Origin: an uncultured Verrucomicrobiae bacterium
GTDB lineage: Bacteria > Verrucomicrobiota > Verrucomicrobiia > Limisphaerales > Palsa-1400
Direction: 5' to 3'
Assembly: GCA_963702845.1 (NCBI GenBank)
Contig: OY969763.1
Location: 1,312,001 to 1,376,000, forward strand
Length of the DNA stretch: 64,000 nt
Of this stretch, positions 9,445-18,303 are shown in pieces. The notes under the pieces are model-generated. The model did not search any database. It was not told the DNA's origin and saw only the letters and a list, made by a program, of their open reading frames with translations. Made by a program: the position numbers and the translations under genes. How positions within the stretch are numbered: the first letter of the stretch is position 1; every line of letters begins with the position of its first letter.

Positions 9445-10692
9445 ATGAGCACTTTGTTGAACCCCAAGCGGACAATCGCGGAACTTAAGGAACTTCGTCA
9501 ATTGACCGGTGATGAGAATGGCGCACAGCGCATTGCATTTACGAAAAATTGGTTGAAGGCGCGCGCCTGGTTTAAAGAAAAGGTCAAAGGCCTGCCGCTC
9601 GAGGTTCACAACGACGAAGCGGGCAACGCATGGCATACGTTGCACGGCCAATCGGATAAAGCGTTATTGATCGGTGGCCATATCGATTCCGTGCCGAACG
9701 GTGGCTGGCTTGATGGATGCCTGAACATTGTCGCCGGCATCGAAATTCTCCGACGCATCAACGCCCAATACAACGGCAAGCCGCCGGTGACCGTGCGATT
9801 GGTCGACTGGGCGGATGAAGAGGGAGCGCGGTTCGGTAAGAGCCTGTTCGGTTCGTCCGCATGTTCCGGCAATCTGGACATGAACGAAGCACGCGGCTTA
9901 AAGGATAAAGACGGAATTCGTTTGCCCGATGCGTTGAAGGATGTCGGTGTGGATTTTGAACGCGCCAAAGAAAGCGGCAAGGAATTGAAGAATGCCGCTG
10001 CATATATTGAACTCCACATCGAGCAAGGTCCGGTATTGCTGGACTTGAACCTTCCGCTTGGCGCCGTTCTCGGAACCTTCGGCGTGGAGCGTCATGCGAT
10101 TACTTTCAAAGGCCAGGCCGCGCATTCCGGCAGCACGCCGATGAACCGGCGCAAAGACGCGTTCCTCGCTGCCGCAAAAATGAGTCCCGAGATTTACAAG
10201 ATCGCGGAGCGCAGCAAAGGCGGCGTTTGCACGATTGGCTCATGCACGACCAAGCCCGGCATTGTGACCAGCGTTGTTGAAGAATGTCGCATCACGCTCG
10301 ACCAACGCCATCTCGACGGCCCCGCGCTGAACCGCATGTTCAAAGAAGCGCAAGAAGCCAGCCAGCGCTTTGCCACCAAAGGAAACGTAGGGGTTTCCTG
10401 GGAGCGCCTTTGGCAAATTGATCCGCGTCCCTTTAACAATGATCTCATCGCGCTCTGTGATGAATCGATTCGCGAAACGTGTGGGCAATCGCATCGACTG
10501 CCTTCGGGCCCGTTGCATGATGCCGCCGAAGTTGCGGCCGCCGGAGTGCCGACCGTCATGATGTTTGTCCAAAGCTTACACGGCATCAGCCACAACAAAA
10601 TCGAAGACACCAAAGAAGAGCACCTGGAAATGTGCGTGGCCGCTTTCGACAAGCTGGCGGAAAAGACGATGAATTGGATTTCGAGAAAATAA
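9445..10692 (+). CDS. M20 Zn-dependent hydrolase (N-carbamoyl-L-amino acid/allantoate amidohydrolase family)
   Basis: GGHIDSVPNGG, DEEGARF, ELHIEQG, HSGSTPM, SGPLHDA. Confidence 0.92.
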   Translation: MSTLLNPKRTIAELKELRQLTGDENGAQRIAFTKNWLKARAWFKEKVKGLPLEVHNDEAGNAWHTLHGQSDKALLIGGHIDSVPNGGWLDGCLNIVAGIEILRRINAQYNGKPPVTVRLVDWADEEGARFGKSLFGSSACSGNLDMNEARGLKDKDGIRLPDALKDVGVDFERAKESGKELKNAAAYIELHIEQGPVLLDLNLPLGAVLGTFGVERHAITFKGQAAHSGSTPMNRRKDAFLAAAKMSPEIYKIAERSKGGVCTIGSCTTKPGIVTSVVEECRITLDQRHLDGPALNRMFKEAQEASQRFATKGNVGVSWERLWQIDPRPFNNDLIALCDESIRETCGQSHRLPSGPLHDAAEVAAAGVPTVMMFVQSLHGISHNKIEDTKEEHLEMCVAAFDKLAEKTMNWISRK

Positions 10693-10695
10693 CAG

Positions 10696-10941
10696 ATGCC
10701 GAAATTCCGAATTCATTGGCAAGCATCCGGGAAAACCGAGACCTGTGATCTCAATGCTGCATCGGCATCGGATGCCTCTATCGCTTTTAGTGCATATCGT
10801 GTTAAAGGAGTTTCTGTCGTGAAGATTGAGCGTCTGGACGACGACGCGCCGGGTGTGCCGGTGCCGGCAGCTAATCCGGATCGTCCGTTCAATCCTCTCA
10901 AGTCACATCGTTTGTTGGACAGAGAAGATGATGCCCGTTAG
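10696..10941 (+). CDS. Small hypothetical protein
   Basis: Starts 3 nt after the upstream stop and fills the gap; no recognisable motif. Confidence 0.5.
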   Translation: MPKFRIHWQASGKTETCDLNAASASDASIAFSAYRVKGVSVVKIERLDDDAPGVPVPAANPDRPFNPLKSHRLLDREDDAR

Positions 10942-11957
10942 GAGGCGACGGCCTTCGGCGCCGCCGTGCTTTGACGAATCACGATTGCGGCGGATAGACG
11001 GGTTGAAACAGGTTGGTGTCCGTGCAGATACTGTTTCATTAATTCCACTGCGGCGCGGCCGAGACGTGCTTTTGGTTGGCGCACTGTCGTGAGCGGAATC
11101 CGGAAATGTTCGCTCGTCAGAATATTGCCAAAACCCGTGATTGAAATGTCCTCCGGAACCTTTGCTCCTTGCCGGATTAATGTGTTCGCCGCGCCGATTG
11201 CGACCATGTCATTCACGGCTTGAATGGCGGTGACCTGGGTTCCCTCATTAATCAGCTGCAACGCGGCCGATTCGCCTTCTTCGATCGTGGCACCGGCTGA
11301 GAAAATGAGTCTGTCGTCGACTTCCATGCCCGATTCCCGCAGGGCGCGCCGATAGCCTTCCAGACGTTCCTGCGCGAGCGGTGACGCCATCGGGCCGGAA
11401 AGGAAGGCGATCCGCTTGTGACCAAGTTCAAGCAGATGCTTTGTTATCGCGTAGCTGCCCTGAAGATCGTCACCTTCGACATTCACGAATTGCTGACAGA
11501 ACGGCGCGCGTTGGCCGAGGATAATCGTCGGCACGTGCCGATTGAAAATTTCGTTGTAAATCGGAGCAGTCGGTTCGAGCCGATACACCGGAACGATAAA
11601 CAGTCCATCAACTCGTCGAGCGAGCAGTCGTCGAATACACGCTTCTTCGCGCTCTTGAATATTTAACGTGTGCGCGATGATCAGGTCGTAGCCCATTTCG
11701 TGCGCACTTTCCTCAATCGCAGACACCATGCGCGCGAACACTGGATTCACAATGGTGGGCAGCAGCAGCCCGAGTAAGCGAGTTGTGCGACTGCGCAGTC
11801 CTTGCGCCGCCGAGTCCGGCACGTAACCCATTTGCTGCGCCAAAAGTTTGATGCGCGTTTTTGTGTTCGCCGAAATATCCGGCGCGTTGCGCATGGCCTT
11901 GGAGACGGTCATGACCGAAACTCCAGCGGCAGCGGCGATGTCTTTTAAGCGAACCAT
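10938..11957 (-). CDS. LacI-family transcriptional regulator
   Basis: LKDIAAAAGVSVMTVSKA HTH; periplasmic-binding-like C-terminal domain with LTTVRQP. Confidence 0.95.
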   Translation of the reverse strand: MVRLKDIAAAAGVSVMTVSKAMRNAPDISANTKTRIKLLAQQMGYVPDSAAQGLRSRTTRLLGLLLPTIVNPVFARMVSAIEESAHEMGYDLIIAHTLNIQEREEACIRRLLARRVDGLFIVPVYRLEPTAPIYNEIFNRHVPTIILGQRAPFCQQFVNVEGDDLQGSYAITKHLLELGHKRIAFLSGPMASPLAQERLEGYRRALRESGMEVDDRLIFSAGATIEEGESAALQLINEGTQVTAIQAVNDMVAIGAANTLIRQGAKVPEDISITGFGNILTSEHFRIPLTTVRQPKARLGRAAVELMKQYLHGHQPVSTRLSAAIVIRQSTAAPKAVAS

Positions 11958-11962
11958 TAGAG

Positions 11963-11997
11963 AAGTGACAAGTTATCAGTGATGAGTGGCAAGTGAT
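11963..11997. repeat. 5 x 7-bp tandem repeat
   Basis: AAGTGAC AAGTTAT CAGTGAT GAGTGGC AAGTGAT fills the nadK-lacI gap. Confidence 0.7.
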
Positions 11998-12000
11998 ACA

Positions 12001-12900
12001 TCATACAGCAGAGCCGCTCCAATGCAGTTTGCGACGAATCGTCTCGAAAAACGAAGTGCCGCCCGGATGCAACAAATTCACCACTCGCGCACTCCTGCGA
12101 ATGGTCACCACGTCGCCAACCGCCAATGACGTTTCGAGATGCCCATCAGCAGCTACAATGGTTTCCACGTTCTCGGTGACGAGCTTCACTTTGATCGTTG
12201 AATCGAGACTGACAACAAGCGATCGATTGGACAGCGCGTGCGCACAAATAGGCGTGATCGCAAAAACGTTCGCGTCAGGTTTGATGATCGGCCCGCCGGC
12301 AGAAAGTGAGTAAGCTGTCGAACCGGTTGGCGAGCTGACAATCAAACCGTCCCCGCGATAGCACGTCAGCGGCTCACCATCGACACTGACATCAACATCG
12401 ATGACGCGGGACGCTGCACCGTGGCTGATCACGATGTCGTTCAGGGCGGACATCGTTACCGGTTTCGTCGAGCATTCGGCGGCGGCTTCGATCAGCGAGC
12501 GGCGTTCGACGGAAAAATTGCGCTCCCAAATTTTCCTGAGCGCTGACGCGAGTTGATGTGATGGAACAGCCGTCAGAAAACCAAGCCGTCCAAGGTTAAT
12601 TCCCAATATCGGAGTCTGACTGCCGTCAATTTCCGCAACGACCCGCAAAATGGTTCCGTCACCGCCAAAAACAAGGAGCAGATCCACCGACCGGGCGAGC
12701 GCGGCAAAGTCGCGATACGTTTCGCACTTTAGCTTTGCAAACGACGCACTTGTTTCGTCAGTGGCAGCCGCGTGCCCGGCTTTTTTGATCAGCGAGACGG
12801 CGCGTTGCAACGCGGCGCGGCTGGCCGGTTTATCGGAATTTGCGATGAGGCCGACGCGATGAATCGACGGCGGGCGATTGTTGTTACGCGTCTTTTTCAA
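12001..12900 (-). CDS. nadK: NAD(+)/NADH kinase
   Basis: GGDGT, GRLGFL, LND, DGLIVSSPTGSTAYSLSAGGP. Confidence 0.95.
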   Translation of the reverse strand: MKKTRNNNRPPSIHRVGLIANSDKPASRAALQRAVSLIKKAGHAAATDETSASFAKLKCETYRDFAALARSVDLLLVFGGDGTILRVVAEIDGSQTPILGINLGRLGFLTAVPSHQLASALRKIWERNFSVERRSLIEAAAECSTKPVTMSALNDIVISHGAASRVIDVDVSVDGEPLTCYRGDGLIVSSPTGSTAYSLSAGGPIIKPDANVFAITPICAHALSNRSLVVSLDSTIKVKLVTENVETIVAADGHLETSLAVGDVVTIRRSARVVNLLHPGGTSFFETIRRKLHWSGSAV

Positions 12901-13624
12901 GGAGCACTAAAAATTCTTTGTTCCCGGCCGGACCGAGCAGGGGGGATTCAACTTGGACGCGCCACTTCAAGGTTGTTTTGTGGGTCACAAAATCGCGCAA
13001 TTCCTCTAGCACGCGCGTATGCACCGCTGGGTCGGTGATGACGCCGGCGCCTTTGTCGGCTTCTGCTTTGCCCGCTTCGAACTGAGGTTTAACAAGCGCC
13101 ACGATTTTTCCGAGAGGTTGCAGTAAACCGAACGCTGCGGGAAGAATTTTCCGCAACGAGATAAACGAACAGTCGATGACAATGATGTCTGCGCCGGTAA
13201 ATGGTTTGCGAAAATGTTCTTTCGTGAGCGCGCGGGCATTTGTCTTTTCCATGACAACGACGCGTGGATCGCGCCGGAGTTTCCAGGCGAGTTGACCGTG
13301 CCCAACATCGACCGCGTAAACCCGTTTAACCCCACGCTGCAAAAGACAGTCGGTAAACCCGCCCGTCGAAGCACCAAGGTCGACTGCGATCAGGCCGTTT
13401 ACATCAAGTTTGAATTCGTCGAGCGCATGTTCCAGTTTGTGCCCGCCGCGACTGACATATTTTTCGGGAGCATCGACGGTAATGGTGTCTTCGGGGCTGA
13501 CGTCGTCGCTTGGTTTTTTGGCTTGTTGCCCATTGACGCGAACCTGCCCGGCGAGAATAGAGCGTTTCGCTTTCTCGCGGCTTTCAGAGACGTGAAGATC
13601 AACCATTGCCTGGTCCAGGCGCAT
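12884..13624 (-). CDS. tlyA: TlyA-family rRNA 2'-O-methyltransferase
   Basis: S4 domain, YVSRGGHKL, DLGASTGGFTD, DCSFISL, LVKPQFE, GNKEF. Confidence 0.95.
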   Translation of the reverse strand: MRLDQAMVDLHVSESREKAKRSILAGQVRVNGQQAKKPSDDVSPEDTITVDAPEKYVSRGGHKLEHALDEFKLDVNGLIAVDLGASTGGFTDCLLQRGVKRVYAVDVGHGQLAWKLRRDPRVVVMEKTNARALTKEHFRKPFTGADIIVIDCSFISLRKILPAAFGLLQPLGKIVALVKPQFEAGKAEADKGAGVITDPAVHTRVLEELRDFVTHKTTLKWRVQVESPLLGPAGNKEFLVLLEKDA

Positions 13625-13637
13625 TGCTGGAACGTAA

Positions 13638-13665
13638 AGGCTAAGGGCTGAAGGCTAAAGGCTAA
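13638..13665 (-). repeat. 4 x 7-bp tandem repeat (TTAGCCT-like)
   Basis: Minus strand TTAGCCT TTAGCCT TCAGCCC TTAGCCT, 13 nt before the tlyA ATG. Confidence 0.8.
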
Positions 13666-13677
13666 ATTTCTCAAAAC

Positions 13678-13917
13678 GCGGAATTTTGCGGAATCTTACG
13701 GAAATCTGCGGGAGATTCCTTTCAAATGTGGCTGTTTTCGACATTGCTGATTAACGCAAACCCCCTCGCGCTCAGGTTGAAACATCAAAAGGTGCTTTTT
13801 TTGAGGGGGTGGTCGTTTTTAACCGAAACTACCCGCAACTATCCGTAACTGCCTTCGTTTTCCTAAGCAAAATCGCGTTTTCCAATTCGGACAAATTGGG
13901 ACGATTCCGGACATGCT
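13678..13917. repeat. Three clusters of 10-bp direct repeats
   Basis: GCGGAATTTT-like x4 (13678-13717), CCGNAACT-like x3 (13823-13852), NGGAC-like x3 (13888-13917). Confidence 0.65.
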
Positions 13918-14116
13918 GCCGGACCGAGATTTCAATGAACAAACGGACTCATCTAAGAAGAGCTTCGACGTTGCCCGATGCTGGGAAGGACCGGCGACCT
14001 CTGCACATTATATGGTGAAGTTACGGCTTGTCAATGTCTGGCGTCGCTCTACATTGGTTGTATGTTTCGCTTGCACACCCGCTGGTTGACAGGCAGCTAT
14101 AGGGAGGATCAGCGCC

Positions 14117-15187
14117 ATGAATGAGATCAAACTGAAACTGGAATATTATCTGGCGCTCGCGCTTATCCTCCTGCTGTTCGTTGGCTGCATTGTTGTCTTG
14201 TCTCCGTTCGTCTCCGCTTTGCTCTGGGCCATGATTCTCTGTTATTCCTGCTGGCCGATTTATGAACGCCTTCTGAAAATCCTCGGCGGGCGTCGCACGT
14301 TGGCGGCGTTTGTCATGGCGGTTCTGATCACCCTGGTAATCCTGCTTCCGTTTGCGATTGTTGGCTTCAGCCTTTCGGACAATGTCCGCGATTTAAATGT
14401 CGCTGCGCATCGCTGGATGGACGAAGGGTTGCCACCTGCGCCGATGTGGCTGGGAAAAACCCCACTTGCTGGCTCCTTCCTGGTTGAAAAATGGAACTCT
14501 ATCGGCGGCCAGAACACGGGAATGCTCAAGGAAGCTAAAGGCGTGATCGAGCCTCTCAGTGCGTGGTTCTTGAAAATCGGAATCGCCACCGGACTTGGCC
14601 TGACCCACATGGCCATGAGCATCTTTATTTCGTTCTTCCTGTTCCGCGACGGTCGCGCGATGGCTGAGTGGCTTCATACGGCAATCAACAAGATTTCCGG
14701 TGAACGCGGTAAACGTATGTTGGCGCTCGCTGGACAAACCGTTCGCGGTGTCGTCTATGGGATTTTGGGAACGGCAATTGTCCAGGCCGTTATGGCCGGA
14801 ATCGGCTTTCTCATCGCGGGCGTTCCCGGCGCACTGCTTCTGGGCTTCCTCACATTTTTTCTGTCGGTCATTCCGGCTGGACCGCCGCTCATTTGGATAC
14901 CGGTTTCGATCTGGCTATTTGCGCAAGGCCAACATGGCTGGGGAACCTTCATGGTCATTTGGGGAATTGGCGTCAGCAGCGTGGACAATGTTGTGAAACC
15001 GTGGTTGATCAGCCAGGGAAGCGACCTTCCGTTCCTCCTTATTTTCTTCGGAGTGGTCGGCGGTGCGATCGCGTTTGGGTTCATCGGCGTTTTCCTTGGA
15101 CCGACGTTGATTGCGGTTGGTTACCGAATGATTTCCGAATGGGCCGCTGAAAATCGTGCGGGAGAAACGAAGCCGGCCTTGCCCTAA
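14117..15187 (+). CDS. AI-2E family transporter (YdiK-like)
   Basis: Polytopic; VDNVVKPWLISQG, GVVGGAIAFGFIGVFLGP; GGAGG SD upstream. Confidence 0.9.
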   Translation: MNEIKLKLEYYLALALILLLFVGCIVVLSPFVSALLWAMILCYSCWPIYERLLKILGGRRTLAAFVMAVLITLVILLPFAIVGFSLSDNVRDLNVAAHRWMDEGLPPAPMWLGKTPLAGSFLVEKWNSIGGQNTGMLKEAKGVIEPLSAWFLKIGIATGLGLTHMAMSIFISFFLFRDGRAMAEWLHTAINKISGERGKRMLALAGQTVRGVVYGILGTAIVQAVMAGIGFLIAGVPGALLLGFLTFFLSVIPAGPPLIWIPVSIWLFAQGQHGWGTFMVIWGIGVSSVDNVVKPWLISQGSDLPFLLIFFGVVGGAIAFGFIGVFLGPTLIAVGYRMISEWAAENRAGETKPALP

Positions 15188-15236
15188 CGAATGCGAAGGC
15201 GAATGCGGGTGCGTCAAACTTCAAGCGCGACGCTGA

Positions 15237-17309
15237 TTACTTGCCGGATTCAAAAACCTTCTGGGACACCGTGATTGGGCCGTTCACTGTTGCGGACAGC
15301 GGCGGGAAACCTTGCTGTTCGTTTTGGCTGAAGTTGACGGTGATGGAGACGTTCCCGTTGGTCGTTTGGAAGGTGGTTCGCTGCACGAGTCGGTCCTGCG
15401 TTAGACAATCAAAAGCGGTTAGATGCGCGGTTGCGAGTTGACGGTGGAGCGGGCTCCAAAATGTGACGTGTTTCAGGATTTCATTGCGCCGCTTCGGCCA
15501 CATTTCGCGGTTCAGATGATACATGGGCGGAACCATGTAGAGGATTTCCATCAGTTCGCGGGTTTGTTTTACGTCGGATAATTTGAGCGAATCGAACGAC
15601 CAGTGGTGGTTGACAATCAGTTCGTCCCCGAGCGCGGCTTGAAAGAGAGGGATGCGCACGGTGGGATCGAAGTATGGCGTCATCAGCGATGGCGGCACGA
15701 CCGCGGGTTTAAACGAGTTGTCCGGTGTATCGGACGGCCAAAAACGGCCAAGGTAAGACTTGCTGCTCTTATCACGAAAAGCAGGATCGAGATGGCCGAT
15801 GTAGGGCGTTTGAATGCCGTGACCGAAATGGATGACATCGGCGAAAAGCACGGAACCGCCTTCGCTCCCGACGACCATGTGATGGTTGGTCTCGAGCCAG
15901 TCCAAACGCTGGCGTCGAATTTTCGTATCATCGATTCGCGTGGCGGGATGAGCGGGATTGTAATCATCAAAACATTCGGCGGTGGCATCGCAATCAATGA
16001 ACCAGGCGGAGTAAGGCGCTTGGGCGGTGATACGGTTGACGCGTTGTTTGACGTAAGGCCAGGCGGCTTGCGGGGCGAAGAAGTAGCCTCGTTTTTTGAA
16101 TCCCGCGCGGCCCGAGCCATCGGCTTTGAGGACACGGCCATTCTCGTAGGCGGCGTTATCGAATTGGGCGGTTTCCCACGTGTTATCCGGAAGGGCTTTG
16201 GGCGAATGGACGGAGTGATAGGAATCGTAGGGGCCGAGCAGAAAGCCAAACTTGTCCGCTTGCGCGACGACGTCGGGCCGGAACGATTCGCTGTAAAGAT
16301 CGCCTAACAGCAGGAGAGCGCGGTCGATTCCCGCTGCGTGGAGGTTCTCCAACATCGGAAGGGACAGGCCGTCACCCCAGGTCTCGGGGGAATTGAGGTA
16401 ATCGGGAAAGGCATCGTGCAACGCCTTTTGATTTCGGTGGATTACTTCGGATGGAGCAACGTCGGGGGCTGGTTTTAGTAGATCACCTTTGCTGAGCGCT
16501 TTGTTGATGGCTTCCGAAATGGCGACGGTCAGATAGTTCATCGGCCATTGCGCGGAGGCTAATTCATTCACCGCTTGGCGATCTGCTTTGGAAAAAGTTT
16601 GTAAGAGTAGACCGCCGAAACTGTTGCTGGGCGCACTCTGCAGGGCTTTCGCAAACGGACTCCAGTTCTTCGCTGGAACATCGTGCTTCGAAAAGAGCGC
16701 CGGGCCCCACAGATAGAAATGAGGTGCGCCGGCGAGGCGGCCGGCTTTTTCGAGGTCGGCGAATTTTTGCGTGAGCGTTCGCGGTCGGGGGATCTCGCCG
16801 ATGTCGGCGGCGGTGCATCGCCATTCGCGAAAGGCTCGCGCGACTTCCAACGGATCGCCCGCGCGTTGTTGGACGACGATATCGACGGGCGATGCGTTCG
16901 GGCGTCCTTTCGGCATCGTGAATTGAATGCCGATGCGATTGGAGACAACCAACTCCGCGTAGCTTGGCCACGGGACGATGACGACGAGCAATTTATCGCG
17001 GTAACGCACGCCCAGGGCCGGAAGGTCGGTGAGTTCCCACGGCGAGTCGTTGGTCAGGAAATGCATCTGGTCGGCGCGGGCCGGGTTGACGACGATCCCG
17101 GCGGAGATGGGCAGGACGTATTCGTCGGCGCCGGCGGGCAGCCACCAGGTGAATTGTCCGGAATCGCCGACCTCAGCTTTGAGGACGGTTGGGCTGTTGC
17201 TGATTTGGTTGAGAGTGAGGGTGCGTTCCTGGGCTGCGGGCGCGTTGAGTGAAAGTGCGGCGATGAACGCGAGCAAGAATCGAAACGGAAGGGCAATAGG
17301 TTGGGTCAT
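15237..17309 (-). CDS. Secreted glycoside hydrolase, GH101/GH129-related
   Basis: Signal peptide; GFLLGPYDSYHSVH, WFIDCDATAE, VVGSEGG motifs. Family assigned from recall. Confidence 0.65.
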   Translation of the reverse strand: MTQPIALPFRFLLAFIAALSLNAPAAQERTLTLNQISNSPTVLKAEVGDSGQFTWWLPAGADEYVLPISAGIVVNPARADQMHFLTNDSPWELTDLPALGVRYRDKLLVVIVPWPSYAELVVSNRIGIQFTMPKGRPNASPVDIVVQQRAGDPLEVARAFREWRCTAADIGEIPRPRTLTQKFADLEKAGRLAGAPHFYLWGPALFSKHDVPAKNWSPFAKALQSAPSNSFGGLLLQTFSKADRQAVNELASAQWPMNYLTVAISEAINKALSKGDLLKPAPDVAPSEVIHRNQKALHDAFPDYLNSPETWGDGLSLPMLENLHAAGIDRALLLLGDLYSESFRPDVVAQADKFGFLLGPYDSYHSVHSPKALPDNTWETAQFDNAAYENGRVLKADGSGRAGFKKRGYFFAPQAAWPYVKQRVNRITAQAPYSAWFIDCDATAECFDDYNPAHPATRIDDTKIRRQRLDWLETNHHMVVGSEGGSVLFADVIHFGHGIQTPYIGHLDPAFRDKSSKSYLGRFWPSDTPDNSFKPAVVPPSLMTPYFDPTVRIPLFQAALGDELIVNHHWSFDSLKLSDVKQTRELMEILYMVPPMYHLNREMWPKRRNEILKHVTFWSPLHRQLATAHLTAFDCLTQDRLVQRTTFQTTNGNVSITVNFSQNEQQGFPPLSATVNGPITVSQKVFESGK

Positions 17310-17471
17310 GTCGGCTGCTTTGCTTTTGCGTGGCGCAAAGGTGAAACCGGATGGGTTAAACTTCAAGAAGCTTTGATTAACAATTCCGGAATCACTGATT
17401 TGAATTGGTCGAGGCGGAACCTTCTACTGTTACCTTCCACGAAACCGCGACTGGAGGGCGCGTAGTCTGTA

Positions 17472-17747
17472 TTAAGGTGTGGAGAGCCTGCAGATCGCTT
17501 CGGACTCGACGAAACCGGACACATTCAGCTGGCCGGAAAACCATCCCGAGAAGTCGATGTTAAAAAAACGCCTGTCCTCGGCAATGATTTGCCTCAGTTT
17601 CTCCTCGTGTGCCTTAGCAAGTCGATCTCGATGCCTCACTGCAGCCACCTCAGCATCATGCCGATATTGTAGTATGCAGCAGAAGGCGAAGAAGAACGCG
17701 ATCGCGATAATTACTAGTATGACTATTTTCTTCGCTCGCGTAAGCAT
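17472..17747 (-). CDS. Small membrane-anchored hypothetical protein, possibly chimeric or decayed
   Basis: N-terminal TM segment KKIVILVIIAIAFFFAFCCIL; locally lower GC. Confidence 0.4.
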   Translation of the reverse strand: MLTRAKKIVILVIIAIAFFFAFCCILQYRHDAEVAAVRHRDRLAKAHEEKLRQIIAEDRRFFNIDFSGWFSGQLNVSGFVESEAICRLSTP

Positions 17748-17827
17748 TTTAGTGAACGACCAATGTTCGCATATCTTATCCGAACAGCGGGTTGTATATC
17801 ACCAACCCGCCATTCGCCGCAATGTAA

Positions 17828-17920
17828 TCAAGGGACCATCTTGGTGGCCGGTTCACTCCAGGGGTCGGCGCCGCCGATTGCGCCGACGCGGAACCAGAGT
17901 TTGGATAATATTTTTGACAT
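17828..17920 (-). pseudogene. Internally deleted remnant of an FN3-terminated protein gene
   Basis: MSKILSKLWFRVGAIGGADPWSEPATKMVP*. WFRVxAI...PWSEP resembles the last two strands of an FN3 domain. Confidence 0.65.
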
Positions 17921-17983
17921 ATGTTTCTTATTTATAGCCATTTATACAATCGTTTCGTTCTGGTTTTCGGAGGTTTTGAGGGT

Positions 17984-18172
17984 TTGTCCAGCGCCGCTGG
18001 ACAAGTGTCCAGAGCTTCTGGCTACTTGGCTGGAGCCGCTGGACGGTTGTCCAGGACGGCTGGCTTCTTGTCCAGAACGGCTGGACAATTGGCCAGAGCC
18101 GCCAGCCACTTGTCCAGCGCCTCTGGACTGTTGGCCAATGCCGCCAGACAGTTGTCCAGAACGGTCGGCTAA
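17984..18172. repeat. 21-bp tandem array A, 9 degenerate palindromic units
   Basis: Unit e.g. TTGTCCAGCGCCGCTGGACAA; exact 21-bp register with no indels. Confidence 0.93.
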
Positions 18173-18207
18173 CGATGATTTTTCCTTAACGGGAAAAGGT
18201 TTTCCGG

Positions 18208-18274
18208 ACCTAAACTATTTTCTGAACTGGGCCTTTCGCCCAATATCCTCAAAGCCATCGATAAGCTCGGCTTC
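18208..18274 (+). repeat. Diverged duplicate of the deaD 5' end (direct repeat of 23327-23393)
   Basis: 62/67 identical; encodes PKLFSELGLSPNILKAIDKLGF; no start codon. Confidence 0.92.
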
Positions 18275-18303
18275 AACAAGGTCCTAATTCAAGTGTCCCT
18301 GTG

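Noticed and set aside
13760..13810. Riboswitch (ACCCCCTC...GAGGGGGT pairing)
   Set aside because: Only one 8-bp helix and no recognisable aptamer motif.
17763..18287. 174-aa Cys/Pro-rich repeat protein
   Set aside because: An open frame produced by array A that runs out of frame through the deaD duplicate.
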